Shown here one piece after another: positions 27,018 through 38,800 of a stretch of 44,309 nucleotides of DNA (positions are counted from its first letter, which is position 1; each line of letters opens with the position of its first letter). The notes under the pieces are model-generated. The model saw only the letters and a list, made by a program, of their open reading frames with translations. It did no database searches and was not told the origin of the DNA. Origin of the DNA: Candidatus Paceibacter sp. (GTDB taxonomy: Bacteria; Patescibacteriota; Minisyncoccia; Phycocordibacterales; GCA-2747955); contig JABACC010000005.1 of the NCBI GenBank assembly GCA_014237915.1, forward strand, positions 1 to 44,309, read 5' to 3'. The position numbers and the translations under genes are program-made.

Positions 27018-28166
27018 TTAATACTCCAAAGCTTCAATTCCAGGAAGAGTTTTTTTTTCTAAAAAGTAAAGCATTGCTCCTCCAGCTGTTGAAACAAAAT
27101 CAAATTTATCCAAAAGTTCAAATTTTTCAAACATTGAAACAGAGTTCCCCCCTCCTAAAATTATTTTATTTTTTTCTTCTAAATTTTTAAACAAATTCAA
27201 ACTTCCCTCTGAATACCCTTTTTCGTAAACTCCCAAGGGGCCATTCCAAAAAAAAATAAACTTAGAAAAATCCTTCCCTTTTTTTCCAAAATCGTTATCA
27301 AAAATTTTATCATCAGGTAAAACTTCATTTATTTTCCTGACTTTTTTTTCTCCGTCCCCATCTTCTACAATTAATTTTTCTGGCAAAATAATTTTTCCGC
27401 TTTTTTTTAAAAAATCAGTAGAAAAATTATTTTCAGAACAACGTGATTTTCCTACTTCAAAATTTTGACTTTTTAAATAATCATTCAAAATTGCTCCTCC
27501 TAAGAAAATATAGTCAAAATTTTCTACAGCTTTTTTTAAAAGAGGAAATTTTGTTTTTATTTTTGAGCCTCCCAAAATTAAAATTTTTTTATTTTCTTCC
27601 TCAAGAGCTTTTTTTAAATTCTTATACTCTTTTTTAAACAAAATTCCAGCATATGATTTTTCTTTTTGAAAAAAAATTGGCAAAGAAGAAACAGAAGAAT
27701 GAATTCTGTGCGAAACAGAAAAAGCATCGTTTACATAAAAATCTGCCAAAGAAGAAATTTTTTCAGCAAAAACTGAATCATTTTTAAGCTCGAGCTCTGA
27801 AGCTCTTAAATTGTCTAAAAGTAAAATATCTCCACCATTTTTTTTAAAAATCTTCTCTTTTAACTCTCCGATTTTTTTTTCAGAAAAATCATCAAAAGTT
27901 TTTTCATCAAAAAAAAATTTATCTTGAAATTTTTCTTGAAAATATTTTGAAACTTCAGAAAAATTTTGTTCTCCATTTTTTCCAATATGTGAAATTATTA
28001 TTATTTTTGCTTTTTTTCCTTGTAAAAAATTCAAGCTTTCCAAAGATTTTTCAATTCTAGAAAAATTTTCTATTTTTCCAAATTCTAAAATAGGAACATT
28101 TAAATCTAAGCGAATTAAAAAAGTTTTTCCTTCAATATTTTCCTCTAAATTAGTCAAAAAATTCAT
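27018..28166 (-). CDS. pgk: phosphoglycerate kinase
   Basis: RLDLNVP, YVNDAFSVSHRIHSS, LGGSK, WNGPLGVYE, VSTAGGAML. Confidence 0.95.
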   Translation of the reverse strand: MNFLTNLEENIEGKTFLIRLDLNVPILEFGKIENFSRIEKSLESLNFLQGKKAKIIIISHIGKNGEQNFSEVSKYFQEKFQDKFFFDEKTFDDFSEKKIGELKEKIFKKNGGDILLLDNLRASELELKNDSVFAEKISSLADFYVNDAFSVSHRIHSSVSSLPIFFQKEKSYAGILFKKEYKNLKKALEEENKKILILGGSKIKTKFPLLKKAVENFDYIFLGGAILNDYLKSQNFEVGKSRCSENNFSTDFLKKSGKIILPEKLIVEDGDGEKKVRKINEVLPDDKIFDNDFGKKGKDFSKFIFFWNGPLGVYEKGYSEGSLNLFKNLEEKNKIILGGGNSVSMFEKFELLDKFDFVSTAGGAMLYFLEKKTLPGIEALEY

Positions 28167-28211
28167 AAATAAATTTTACCACGAAAAAAATATTTTTGTT
28201 ATAATAAGTTT

Positions 28212-28667
28212 ATGTTAGAAAAACTCGAAGAACAAAAAATAATTGTAGAGCAGTATAAAGCATATCTTAATACGATAATTTCCGTATCAGAAAGAAGAGT
28301 AAAAACTTCCCAATTTTATATTACCTTAAATACTGCACTTTTTGCTTTTATTTCTGTGGTAATTGCAGAAAAACACTCTATTTTTTTAATAATAATAACT
28401 TCCGCTGTAGGTTTTTTAAATTCTTATCTTTGGTACAGAGCTATGAAATCTTACAAGGCAATGAACTTTGAAAAATATAAAAATTTAAAAAAAATAGAAG
28501 AGAGACTCCCTATTCAACCTGTAAACGAAGAATGGAAAAGTGTTTCTAAAATAATAAATATGAACGATAAGAAAAATTTTCAACCTTCAGCTTACGTTGA
28601 AGTTATCACGCCCTTTTTGTTTATGTTTCTATATTTTATCCTCCTTTTTTCGTTTTTTATTTTTTAA
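28212..28667 (+). CDS. small 3-TM membrane protein (resembles the RipA/octameric membrane protein family)
   Basis: EQYK..SERR..FYITLN..W..SYK.MN..KY..IEERLP pattern recalled from memory. Confidence 0.55.
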   Translation: MLEKLEEQKIIVEQYKAYLNTIISVSERRVKTSQFYITLNTALFAFISVVIAEKHSIFLIIITSAVGFLNSYLWYRAMKSYKAMNFEKYKNLKKIEERLPIQPVNEEWKSVSKIINMNDKKNFQPSAYVEVITPFLFMFLYFILLFSFFIF

Positions 28668-29392
28668 TTAGCTAAAAATATTTTATCTAAAATACCAGAA
28701 TCTTTTATTTCTTTAGGTGAACCCTCTGCAACTAAAATTCCTTTATCCATTAAAAAAATATGCTTCGTTATTTCAAAAAGAGTTTTTAAATTATGCTCCA
28801 CTATTACAATAGTTGTTTTTTGTTTTTGATTAATTTCTTTTATTTTTTTAAAAACATCTTTGACTATATCTGGGGAAAGGCCAATTGTTGGCTCGTCTAA
28901 AAGTAAAAGTCTTGGCTTAATTATAAGTCCTCTTGCGATTGCTAATTGCTGTTGTTGTCCGCCTGAAAGTTCTGCTGAAATTTTGTCTTTATTTTTTTCC
29001 AAAAAAGGAAATATTTTGTAAACTTCTGTTAAATTTTCTTGATATTCTTTTTTATTTTTTATAGAAACTGCTCCCATTTCAATATTTTCTTCAACAGACA
29101 TAGAGGAAAAAATCTGACGGCCTTGGGGAACAAATGAAATTTTACTTTCAACTAACTTGTGAGGTGAGAGATCGTATTTTTTTCCGTCTTTTAAAATTTC
29201 ACCTTCCACAATTGGGGTAAATCCAAAAATAGATTTTAAGAGTGTGGATTTTCCAGATCCATTTGTACCAATTATTCCTATAATACTTTCTTCTTTAAAG
29301 TACGCAGAAACATCGGAAAGAGCTTTAACTCCAGCATAGTTAACAGAGAGATTTTTTGTTTCAATTATTTTATTTTTTAGTTTTTTTTCCAT
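28664..29392 (-). CDS. livF: branched-chain amino acid ABC transporter ATPase
   Basis: GTNGSGKST, VPQGRQIF, LSGGQQQQLAIARGL, LLDEP. Confidence 0.9.
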   Translation of the reverse strand: MEKKLKNKIIETKNLSVNYAGVKALSDVSAYFKEESIIGIIGTNGSGKSTLLKSIFGFTPIVEGEILKDGKKYDLSPHKLVESKISFVPQGRQIFSSMSVEENIEMGAVSIKNKKEYQENLTEVYKIFPFLEKNKDKISAELSGGQQQQLAIARGLIIKPRLLLLDEPTIGLSPDIVKDVFKKIKEINQKQKTTIVIVEHNLKTLFEITKHIFLMDKGILVAEGSPKEIKDSGILDKIFLAN

Positions 29393-29401
29393 AATTTATT
29401 T

Positions 29402-30142
29402 TTAACCAAGATAGGCTTTTTTAACTTCCATATCACTTAAAACTTCTTCAGGTTTTCCATATTTTAATTTTTTCCCCTCAGCTAAAACAAAAATTTTATC
29501 TGATAAATTTTTTATTATTTCCATATCGTGTTCTATTAAAATTATTGTTTTCCCCTGATCTTTTAATTCTAAAATTATTTCAGAAATTATTTCTCTCATT
29601 TTTGGTGAAAGTCCAGCAAAAGGCTCGTCAAAAAAATAAATTTCGGAATTAGTAGCTAAAACCCTTCCGATTTCAAGAAGTTTTCTTTGCCCGTAAGATA
29701 AATTTTCTGCAGCTTCGTTTTGTTTTTCTAAAAGACCAACTTTTTTTAAAATTTCTTTAGATTTATTTAAATTAAACTTTTTATTATTTTCAAAAATAGC
29801 TGAAATAATATCTTTTTTTGCAACAACCATGGCAATATTTTCTAAAACAGAGATTTGTTCTATTAATCTAATTTTCTGAAAAGTTCTAGTTATTCCATAA
29901 AACAAAATTTTATTAGGTAATATTTTTGAAAAAAAAGAATCCCCTATTTTTATCTTCCCAGAATCTATAGTGTAAACTCCAGTTAATAAATTTACAAGTG
30001 TTGTTTTTCCAGATCCATTTGGCCCAACAAGGCCTAAAATTTTTCCACTATAAAATTTTATATCTAAATTGTTAACTGCTTTTATTCCTCCAAACGATTT
30101 AGAGATTTTTTCTGACTGCATTGTGATATTAGAATTTTCCAT
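29402..30142 (-). CDS. livG: branched-chain amino acid ABC transporter ATPase
   Basis: GPNGSGKTT, RTFQ, LSYGQRKLLEI, IEHDM, AYLG. Confidence 0.9.
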   Translation of the reverse strand: MENSNITMQSEKISKSFGGIKAVNNLDIKFYSGKILGLVGPNGSGKTTLVNLLTGVYTIDSGKIKIGDSFFSKILPNKILFYGITRTFQKIRLIEQISVLENIAMVVAKKDIISAIFENNKKFNLNKSKEILKKVGLLEKQNEAAENLSYGQRKLLEIGRVLATNSEIYFFDEPFAGLSPKMREIISEIILELKDQGKTIILIEHDMEIIKNLSDKIFVLAEGKKLKYGKPEEVLSDMEVKKAYLG

Positions 30143-30180
30143 AACTTAAATAAATTTTAACATTTTTTAAAAAATTTAAA
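30137..30180. repeat. 44-bp direct repeat covering the promoter and start of livG
   Basis: Second copy at 31037-31080, two mismatches. Confidence 0.85.
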
Positions 30181-31042
30181 TTCTAAATTTTCCTAAAAAA
30201 CCTTTTGGTCTGAAATACATCATAACTAAAAGTAAAATCCCATAAATAATTTGCCTAGATTGCGCCGCTATATCTGCTGGTAAATCAATAAAGCGAATTG
30301 CTTCTGGCAAAAAAATTAAAATAATTGCTCCCAAAATAGCTCCTCTAATATTTGAAATTCCACCTACAATAATAATTGTTAAAATAAAAATAGATTCTAA
30401 TAAAATAAAAGATGATGGATCAATAAAACTAACATAAGAAGCAAATAACGCTCCAGAAATTGAAGCAAGCGATGAAGAAATTATAAAAATTACTAATTTA
30501 TAATTTACAGGTTTGTATCCAAAAATTTGAGAAACAAGTTCATCTTCCCTGACAACTTTTAACGCTCTTCCGAAAGAAGAATTTACTAAAATCTTACAAA
30601 GAAAATAAACTACAAAAAGAAAAAAAATAGATAAAAATAAAAAAAATAAATTTTCAGAAAAGACAAAACCAAAAATCTCCGGCCTTCCAATTCCAGAAAT
30701 TCCTAAGGGGCCGTTTGTAAGAGTTTGCCAATTTAAAAAAACAGCGTGCATTATGATGGCAAAACCAAAAGAAACTAAAGCGTAAATATCGCCAGAAAAT
30801 CTATTTAAAATAATTCCCACTAAAAAAGAAACTGTCGCTGAAAGTAAAATTCCAAAAATAATAGTCCAGAAAAAATTTATTTCAAAAGTTGTTGCCAAAA
30901 TAGCTGTAGAATATGCGCCAATTCCATAAAAAACAGACTGGTTAATAGCTAGCTGGCCAGTATATCCAACAACAAGATCAAGAGTAATCCCTAAAATTGA
31001 AAAAATTGATATTAAAATTAAAATATGAATTAGATATTCCAT
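30176..31042 (-). CDS. livM: branched-chain amino acid ABC transporter permease
   Basis: GYTGQL, FYGIGAY, LTNGPLGISGI, FGRAL, RPKG. Confidence 0.9.
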   Translation of the reverse strand: MEYLIHILILISIFSILGITLDLVVGYTGQLAINQSVFYGIGAYSTAILATTFEINFFWTIIFGILLSATVSFLVGIILNRFSGDIYALVSFGFAIIMHAVFLNWQTLTNGPLGISGIGRPEIFGFVFSENLFFLFLSIFFLFVVYFLCKILVNSSFGRALKVVREDELVSQIFGYKPVNYKLVIFIISSSLASISGALFASYVSFIDPSSFILLESIFILTIIIVGGISNIRGAILGAIILIFLPEAIRFIDLPADIAAQSRQIIYGILLLVMMYFRPKGFLGKFRI

Positions 31043-31080
31043 AACTTAAATAAATTTTAACATTTTTGAAAAAGTTTAAA
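31037..31080. repeat. 44-bp direct repeat covering the promoter and start of livM
   Basis: First copy at 30137-30180. Confidence 0.85.
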
Positions 31081-31119
31081 AAAATAAAAAAATTGGCTTT
31101 GCCAATTTTTTTATTTTTT
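31079..31119 (-). terminator. hairpin downstream of the substrate-binding protein gene
   Basis: aaaaaataaaaaaattggc-TTT-gccaatttttttatttttt. Confidence 0.65.
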
Positions 31120-31133
31120 ATCTGTGTAAAATT

Positions 31134-32270
31134 TTATTCAACTAAAATAATTTCTCCATTTTCAACTTTAAACAAACTTGCTTCTGAACGATTTGAGTCT
31201 AAATTTCCTTTAGAAAAATCGTAAGATTTATTTTTGGTTTGATATTTAACTTTTTTTAAGCTTTCTAGGTATTTATCAGGATCTCCTTTTGAAATTTCAA
31301 TTGCTTTTTTAATAATATTTACAGTTTCGTAAGAATTTTGAGATTCAAACATTGGATACATTCCATATTCTTCTAAATATTTTTCTTCAAACTCAGCATC
31401 ATTTTTCCAATCTAAAAAAAATACTCCTTCATGAAATGGTTGGATTTTTTTAGATAATTCTTCAAAAAATATACCATTTGATGTCATAATTTTAATTTCA
31501 GGGTTTTTTTCTTTAATTATTTCAACAACCTGGCTTTCCAAGAATCCATAAGATGCTACAAAGACAACATCTGGCTCTTCAGCTATAATTTTTAAAACAT
31601 TAGATCTGTAATCAAAAAGCTCAATACTAACTTGATCCCTTAAAACAACCTCAACGTTATTTTTATTAGAAATTTCTTCAACTTTATCTCCCACAGGAGT
31701 TCCCCAAGAGTCATTTAAATTTAAGATAGTAATTTTCTTTAAATCTTTGTTTTTTTCAAAAAACATATTTAATGGGTTTTCGTAGCTTTCTACCCTGTGT
31801 CCTGCTGTAAAGAAATATTTGTCTAGATTGATATCTCCTAAGGAAGAATTTATTATCGATGGAGAAATTGTTGTTATTTTTTTTTCATTTGCGATCGGTA
31901 TAATTGGACCAGCTAAGAAATTCCATAATTCTCCAAAAACAAAATCAACATCAGGATGAGAAAAGGTAAGCTTGTTAAAAGAAGATACCGCTCCTTTTGA
32001 TTCTGACCTTGAATCTTCAAAAAAAACCTCTATTTCTTTTCCCAAAACACCACCAGAATTATTTATTTCATCTACTGCTAATTCCATAGCATTTTTATGG
32101 TGTTCGGCCCACTGGCTAGCTATTCCTGTAAATCCCATAATTGCTCCTATTTTTATAGTTTCATTTTCTGAATTTAAATTTCCTGAATCTTTTTCATTCA
32201 TAGATGAAATTCCCCAGATTATTAAAATAATTATGATAATTCCAGCTAAAATTTTTAAGTTTTTGTTCAT
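31134..32270 (-). CDS. LivK/LivJ-family substrate-binding protein 1
   Basis: N-terminal anchor, TIKIG, LAVDEINNSGGVLGKEIEVFFED. Confidence 0.88.
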   Translation of the reverse strand: MNKNLKILAGIIIIILIIWGISSMNEKDSGNLNSENETIKIGAIMGFTGIASQWAEHHKNAMELAVDEINNSGGVLGKEIEVFFEDSRSESKGAVSSFNKLTFSHPDVDFVFGELWNFLAGPIIPIANEKKITTISPSIINSSLGDINLDKYFFTAGHRVESYENPLNMFFEKNKDLKKITILNLNDSWGTPVGDKVEEISNKNNVEVVLRDQVSIELFDYRSNVLKIIAEEPDVVFVASYGFLESQVVEIIKEKNPEIKIMTSNGIFFEELSKKIQPFHEGVFFLDWKNDAEFEEKYLEEYGMYPMFESQNSYETVNIIKKAIEISKGDPDKYLESLKKVKYQTKNKSYDFSKGNLDSNRSEASLFKVENGEIILVE

Positions 32271-32298
32271 ATTTTAAATATTTAAGTTTTTAATAAAA
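32149..32298. repeat. 150-bp repeat: shared 5' end of the two SBP genes (copy 1)
   Basis: Six mismatches to 36571-36720 by manual alignment. Confidence 0.9.
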
Positions 32299-32369
32299 AA
32301 ATAAAAGAAAAAAAAAAAAAAACAAAAGTCTATTGAGGTTAAAAAAGTAAAAAATATTTGTTATGTTTT

Positions 32370-33248
32370 TTATTTATTCTGTTTTTTACTTTTAAAAATT
32401 CCATCTGGTCTAAAAATTAAAAATAAAATTAAAACAATAAAAGTAAGAGCTTCTTTCCACTGACCTGAAATAAAAAATACTCCAAAATTTTCCACAAAAC
32501 CTATAATGACAGCTCCTACCAAAGATCCTAAAAAATTTCCAGGGCCGCCAATAATAAAAGCTGCCACACTATTTAACAAAAAAGTGAAACCTGAAGTTGG
32601 CTCAATTCCCACATCCATAAAAGATAGGATTCCAGCAAAAGCAACAACGGCGCCTGCAATAAAAAAAATAATAGCTCTTATTCTTTTTGTATTTATTCCC
32701 ACAATTTCTGACATAAAAGGATCATCTGCTAAAGCTTTGGCTTTTTTCCCAATTGATGTGAACTTATAAAATAAAAATATTAAAAAAAATACAAAAATAG
32801 ATGAAAAAATTAAAATAACCTGAATTGGTGTTATAACAGCTCCTAAAATTTTAAAATTACTCTCAAAGTTTAAATAAATTGTCTGGAATTGACTAGTAAA
32901 AAAAATAGCAACTAAAGCTTGGGTGATGGTCATAATTCCTAAAGAAACAACGAGCATTACAACATTGGAAGATTTTCTCTCTTCGAATTTTTGATAAAAA
33001 ATTTTTTGAATTAAAAAATAAAAAAAACCTCCAAAAAAAATTCCGCCAGCTGTTATAACAACAAGTGAAAAATCTGGAAAAAGATTGTAAAAATAAAAAA
33101 CAAAATAAGCACCCAAAACAGCAATTGTTCCGTAAGCTAAATCAAAAAATTTCGAGACAGAGTAAACCATATTAAAACCAACAGCAATCATTGCATACAA
33201 GGCTGCGGCAATTAAAGAATTTACTATAAGCTGTATAAAAATATCCAT
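32370..33248 (-). CDS. livH: branched-chain amino acid ABC transporter permease
   Basis: QLIVNSL..YAMIAVGF, IIGGPGN, RPDGIF. Confidence 0.9.
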   Translation of the reverse strand: MDIFIQLIVNSLIAAALYAMIAVGFNMVYSVSKFFDLAYGTIAVLGAYFVFYFYNLFPDFSLVVITAGGIFFGGFFYFLIQKIFYQKFEERKSSNVVMLVVSLGIMTITQALVAIFFTSQFQTIYLNFESNFKILGAVITPIQVILIFSSIFVFFLIFLFYKFTSIGKKAKALADDPFMSEIVGINTKRIRAIIFFIAGAVVAFAGILSFMDVGIEPTSGFTFLLNSVAAFIIGGPGNFLGSLVGAVIIGFVENFGVFFISGQWKEALTFIVLILFLIFRPDGIFKSKKQNK

Positions 33249-33268
33249 AAAAAAAGTATAACAGAAAA

Positions 33269-34867
33269 TTATTTAATTTTTTTAATAAATTCAAAAAAAA
33301 GTGGGTGTGGATTTAAAGGTCTTGATTTAAACTCAGGATGAAATTGTACAGCTATCATAAAAGGGTGATTTTTATTTTCCACAATCTCAACCAGCCCACT
33401 TTCTGGATTTTTTCCAGAAACTACAAAATCAGTTCCAGAAAAATTTTCTAAAAAATTATTATTAAATTCGTATCGATGCCTGTGTCTTTCTTCTGTTTTT
33501 TCTTTTTTATAAATTTTAAAAGCTTTTGTGTTTTTAGAAATTTCACATAAAAATTTTCCAAGCCTCATTGTTGCTCCTTTTTTTCTAATATTTTTCTGTT
33601 CTGGAATAAAGTGAATAATTTTATTTTTTGATTTTTCATTAAATTCTTCACTTGTAGCGTCTTTTATTTTTAAAACATTTCTAGCAAATTCTATGGCCAT
33701 AATGTGTGAGCCCAAACAAATTCCTAAATATGGTATTTTATTTTTTCTACAATATTCTGCAATTTTTATTTTCCCTTCTATTCCCCTTTTTCCAAAACCT
33801 CCCGGAACAACAATTCCTGAAACTTTTTTTAATTTTTTAATTTCATCAACATCTTTTTTTTCAATTTTTTCTGTATCTATGGAAATTATTTTAACTTTTT
33901 TACTTTGAGAAAATCCTGCAGACTTTAGAGCTTCTACAACAGAAATATACGAATCGTCTAATTTATTATATTTTTTAGCTATGCCTACAAAAACCTCTTT
34001 TTCTGATTTATAAATTTTATCTACAAATTTTTTCCAGTTATTCATATTGAAATTTTTAATCTTTAAATTTAATTTTTTGTTTAAGACATCGCCAACTCCA
34101 TAATTTAAAAATTTTAAAGGAACTTCGTAAATAGACTCTGCTGTTTCTGATGGAATGACAGCTTCTTTTTCCACATCGCAAAAAAAAGATATTTTTTCCA
34201 AAAGATCATCAGTAATTTTCATGTCTGATCTACAAAAAATCATATCAGCCAAAATTCCTCTTTTTCTTAATTCTGAAATTGAAAGTTGGGTTGGTTTTGT
34301 TTTTAATTCTTTAGAGCTTTCTAAATAAGGGAGGAGTGTCAGGTGTGCACACAAACAATTTTTTCCATATTCATTTTTAAGTTGCCTTAAAGATTCTAAA
34401 AAAGGTTCTCCTTCAAGATCTCCAACTGTTCCTCCAAGCTCCACAATTAAAATTTCAGATTTTGTTTGCAATGCTGCTTTTTTAATTTTTTCTTTTATTT
34501 TATTTGTGATATGAGGAACAACTTGAATGGTTTTTCCTAAATATTTTCCTTCTCTTTCTTCTTCTAAAACTTCTTTGTAGATTTTTCCAGAGCTGATAGA
34601 GCTTTCACCAATGAGCGGAGTATTTATAAATCTTTCGTAGTGACCCAAATCAAGATCTGTTTCTGATCCATCATCTAAAACAAAAACTTCCCCATGTTGG
34701 CTTGGGCTCATTGTTCCAGGATCGACGTTTAAATACGGGTCTAATTTCATTATGGAAACTTTTTTCTTTCCAGATTTTAAAATAGCTGCCAAAGAAGAAG
34801 CCACGATTCCCTTTCCTAAAGAAGAGCAAACCCCTCCTGTTACAAAAATAAATTTAGTATTTTTCAT
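33269..34867 (-). CDS. pyrG: CTP synthase
   Basis: TGGVCSSLGKG, DPYLNVDPGTM, GICLG, ERHRHRYE, QFHPEF. Confidence 0.98.
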   Translation of the reverse strand: MKNTKFIFVTGGVCSSLGKGIVASSLAAILKSGKKKVSIMKLDPYLNVDPGTMSPSQHGEVFVLDDGSETDLDLGHYERFINTPLIGESSISSGKIYKEVLEEEREGKYLGKTIQVVPHITNKIKEKIKKAALQTKSEILIVELGGTVGDLEGEPFLESLRQLKNEYGKNCLCAHLTLLPYLESSKELKTKPTQLSISELRKRGILADMIFCRSDMKITDDLLEKISFFCDVEKEAVIPSETAESIYEVPLKFLNYGVGDVLNKKLNLKIKNFNMNNWKKFVDKIYKSEKEVFVGIAKKYNKLDDSYISVVEALKSAGFSQSKKVKIISIDTEKIEKKDVDEIKKLKKVSGIVVPGGFGKRGIEGKIKIAEYCRKNKIPYLGICLGSHIMAIEFARNVLKIKDATSEEFNEKSKNKIIHFIPEQKNIRKKGATMRLGKFLCEISKNTKAFKIYKKEKTEERHRHRYEFNNNFLENFSGTDFVVSGKNPESGLVEIVENKNHPFMIAVQFHPEFKSRPLNPHPLFFEFIKKIK

Positions 34868-34932
34868 ACAATAAATTTTAGCATAAAAATAAATTTTGTT
34901 TTTTAAAATTTAAAAATTATAATTAAATCGTT

Positions 34933-35454
34933 ATGAATAATACAAAAGAAAAAATTTTAAAAAATTGGAAAAATATTTTAATTTTTATACTAGTTATTTT
35001 TATTATCTTTTTAATACTTGGTAAAAAAAATGAGGTTTATAAAAATGAAATGGTAAAAGATGGTGTTGAAATTTCAGAAAAAATTTTAGTTGAAAATTTA
35101 TTTGAAGGTAATAAAACAATTTTAGGAGAAGAAATTTCTTACCCAACAAAAAGTTCTGCAAAAATTTCATCAGCCATTATAACTTTATCACCTGAAACAG
35201 AAACTGGCTGGCACTTACACCAGTCTCCTCTTTTTGGTTATATTATGGAAGGCGAACTTGTGGTCGATTACGGAAAGGAAGGTCAAAAAATTTACAAAGA
35301 AGGAGATGCTTTTTTAGAAGCTTTAGATTTTCCTCATAACGGAAAAAATTTAAGCAGTGAGCCTGTCAAAATTTTCACGCTTTATGCTGGATCTGAAAAT
35401 TCTCAAAATGTTATAAAACTTGAAAATCAAGAAGAAATTTCTAACTCGAAATAA
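34933..35454 (+). CDS. membrane-anchored cupin-domain protein
   Basis: TGWHLH...GYIMEGEL...EALDFPHNG. Confidence 0.85.
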   Translation: MNNTKEKILKNWKNILIFILVIFIIFLILGKKNEVYKNEMVKDGVEISEKILVENLFEGNKTILGEEISYPTKSSAKISSAIITLSPETETGWHLHQSPLFGYIMEGELVVDYGKEGQKIYKEGDAFLEALDFPHNGKNLSSEPVKIFTLYAGSENSQNVIKLENQEEISNSK

Positions 35455-35511
35455 TTTTTAAATTTTTGAAAATTAAAACTTAAAAAATTTTGAAATATTT
35501 TTAAAAAAAAT

Positions 35512-35552
35512 TTTAAAAAAGTGCGGGCCCTTCGGGCCCGCACTTTTTTAAA
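35512..35552 (-). repeat. GNA-triloop hairpin between convergent genes
   Basis: tttaaaaaagtgcgggccc-TTC-gggcccgcacttttttaaa. Confidence 0.9.
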
Positions 35553-35573
35553 TTAAAATATAAAAAAATTAAA

Positions 35574-36692
35574 TTACTGAACTAATTTATATTTTTTATC
35601 TTCTATTTTAAATAAAGAAAAATCTCTCTCCGCATCTCCGTCTTCGTTTATACTTATTTTTCCAGAAACTCCATCAAAATTTTCAAGAGAATAAAAATAA
35701 TCTGAAATACATTCATTGTCTAAGCCACATTTTTTAAAAGATAAATCTACTAAATTTGCTAAATCATATGCTGCTGCTCCATAATAAATTTGCTGTATTT
35801 GTTTTTCATATTTTTTAAAAAACAAATTTTTAAATTCAGAAAATTTTTGGCCTTCAGCGTCATGATGATAACTAATAAAATTAACACCTTGGTTAACATC
35901 TTTTTCTATAATCTGAGAGGACATAAAAACTTCATTGCCAATTATTGGAATATTTTCATCGATAGTTCTGATTTCATTAACCAGAGGATTTGCGGTTGTT
36001 GGTGAAATTGAAAATATAATTATTGCATCGGGTTTTTTAAGTGTTGCAGACAAGGCTTGGGTTTTTAAATCTGTTTGCCCATATCCAAAAGATTCCACTG
36101 AGAGTATTTTATGATTTTCATCTTCAAAAGATTTTACTAAATCATTTTTTGCTCCTTTGGGGTATTCAATATTTTCAAACATTACAACAATATTTTTAAA
36201 CCCTTTTTCTTTTAAAACTTCGGCCGTTTTTACCGAGCTTATACTCGTAGGAGAAGAAATTCTAGCAAAATGTTCTCCAACTCCAGAAAGTTTAGAAGAT
36301 GCAGAGATTGGGGTAAAAATTAAAATTCCATTATCTTTTGCTATTTTTTCAAGAGTGAGAGTTGAATTACTACAAACTCCTGAAATTAAAAGATCTATTT
36401 TGTCTGTAAAAATTAATTTATTCCCAGCAGATAAAGCTGTTTTTGTATCACATTTTCCATCTTCTACTATAATTTCATAATTATCATTCTCAGAATAATA
36501 TAAATCAAAAGATTCTAATATTGGTTCTCCTAGATAAGCTAACGGTCCTGAGAGAGGTGAAATAAGTCCGATTTTTATAGTTTCATTTTCTAGGTTTAAG
36601 TTTCCTGAATCTTTTTTATTCATAGATGAAATTCCCCAAATTATTAAAATAATTATGATAATTCCAGCTAAAATTTTTAAGTTTTTGTTCAT
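35574..36692 (-). CDS. LivK/LivJ-family substrate-binding protein 2
   Basis: TIKIGLISPLSG, EDGKCD, FDGVSGKISINEDGD. Confidence 0.88.
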   Translation of the reverse strand: MNKNLKILAGIIIIILIIWGISSMNKKDSGNLNLENETIKIGLISPLSGPLAYLGEPILESFDLYYSENDNYEIIVEDGKCDTKTALSAGNKLIFTDKIDLLISGVCSNSTLTLEKIAKDNGILIFTPISASSKLSGVGEHFARISSPTSISSVKTAEVLKEKGFKNIVVMFENIEYPKGAKNDLVKSFEDENHKILSVESFGYGQTDLKTQALSATLKKPDAIIIFSISPTTANPLVNEIRTIDENIPIIGNEVFMSSQIIEKDVNQGVNFISYHHDAEGQKFSEFKNLFFKKYEKQIQQIYYGAAAYDLANLVDLSFKKCGLDNECISDYFYSLENFDGVSGKISINEDGDAERDFSLFKIEDKKYKLVQ

Positions 36693-36720
36693 ATTTTAAA
36701 TATTTAAGTTTTTAATAAAA
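36571..36720. repeat. 150-bp repeat: shared 5' end of the two SBP genes (copy 2)
   Basis: See 32149-32298. Confidence 0.9.
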
Positions 36721-36759
36721 TAATTATAGCAAAAAAATAAAATTCAGCTAAGTTAAAAA

Positions 36760-36796
36760 TTAAAAAGTGCGGGCCCAAAGGACCCGCACTTTTTAA
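36760..36796 (-). terminator. imperfect hairpin of the AAAGTGCGGGCC family; possible 16S transcript terminator
   Basis: ttaaaaagtgcggg-cccaaagga-cccgcactttttaa. Confidence 0.6.
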
Positions 36797-36989
36797 ATCT
36801 GAAATTAAAATATTATAAATATATACAAAGGTAAGTTTTTGGAATTTTTGAAAAAAATCTTTTTTATGTTCTTTCCAACCCAGAAGTATTGCATATCTTT
36901 CTATTAGCAAGTTATCTTTTAAGACTTTATAACCATAGTCTTGTGTCAAAACACAGTCAACATTTCATACCAAAATCCTTTGGTGTATC

Positions 36990-38549
<1,560 letters not shown>

Positions 38550-38692
38550 AATTGAAGAGAACATAAAAAAAACTTTTTACATTCTTACTTTTTTTATATA
38601 AATAAAATTCTAAAATTTTATTTTTCTGCATATATAATATTTAATTTTCAAATAGCGACAATTACAAAAATACAAATGTAAATGTAGGGGGC

Positions 38693-38721
38693 ATTTTATA
38701 CTTTTTGAAATTCAAAGTCAA
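38693..38721 (-). promoter_or_regulatory. sigma70-type promoter of the 16S gene
   Basis: TTGACT-N17-TAAAAT. Confidence 0.7.
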
Positions 38722-38764
38722 ATTTTTTATAATTAATAAGATGTTAGTTACTTTTTAATTTAAA

Positions 38765-38788
38765 AAGAGTGAAAATGTTTTCACTCTT
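38765..38788 (-). terminator. terminator of the secreted-protein gene
   Basis: aagagtgaaaa-tg-ttttcactctt, followed by T's on the minus strand. Confidence 0.55.
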
Positions 38789-38800
38789 CTTTTCTGTTTT

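Noticed and set aside
32308..32322. A15 tract upstream of SBP1 as a phase-variable promoter
   Set aside because: Long A/T runs are common here, and promoter elements around it cannot be placed confidently
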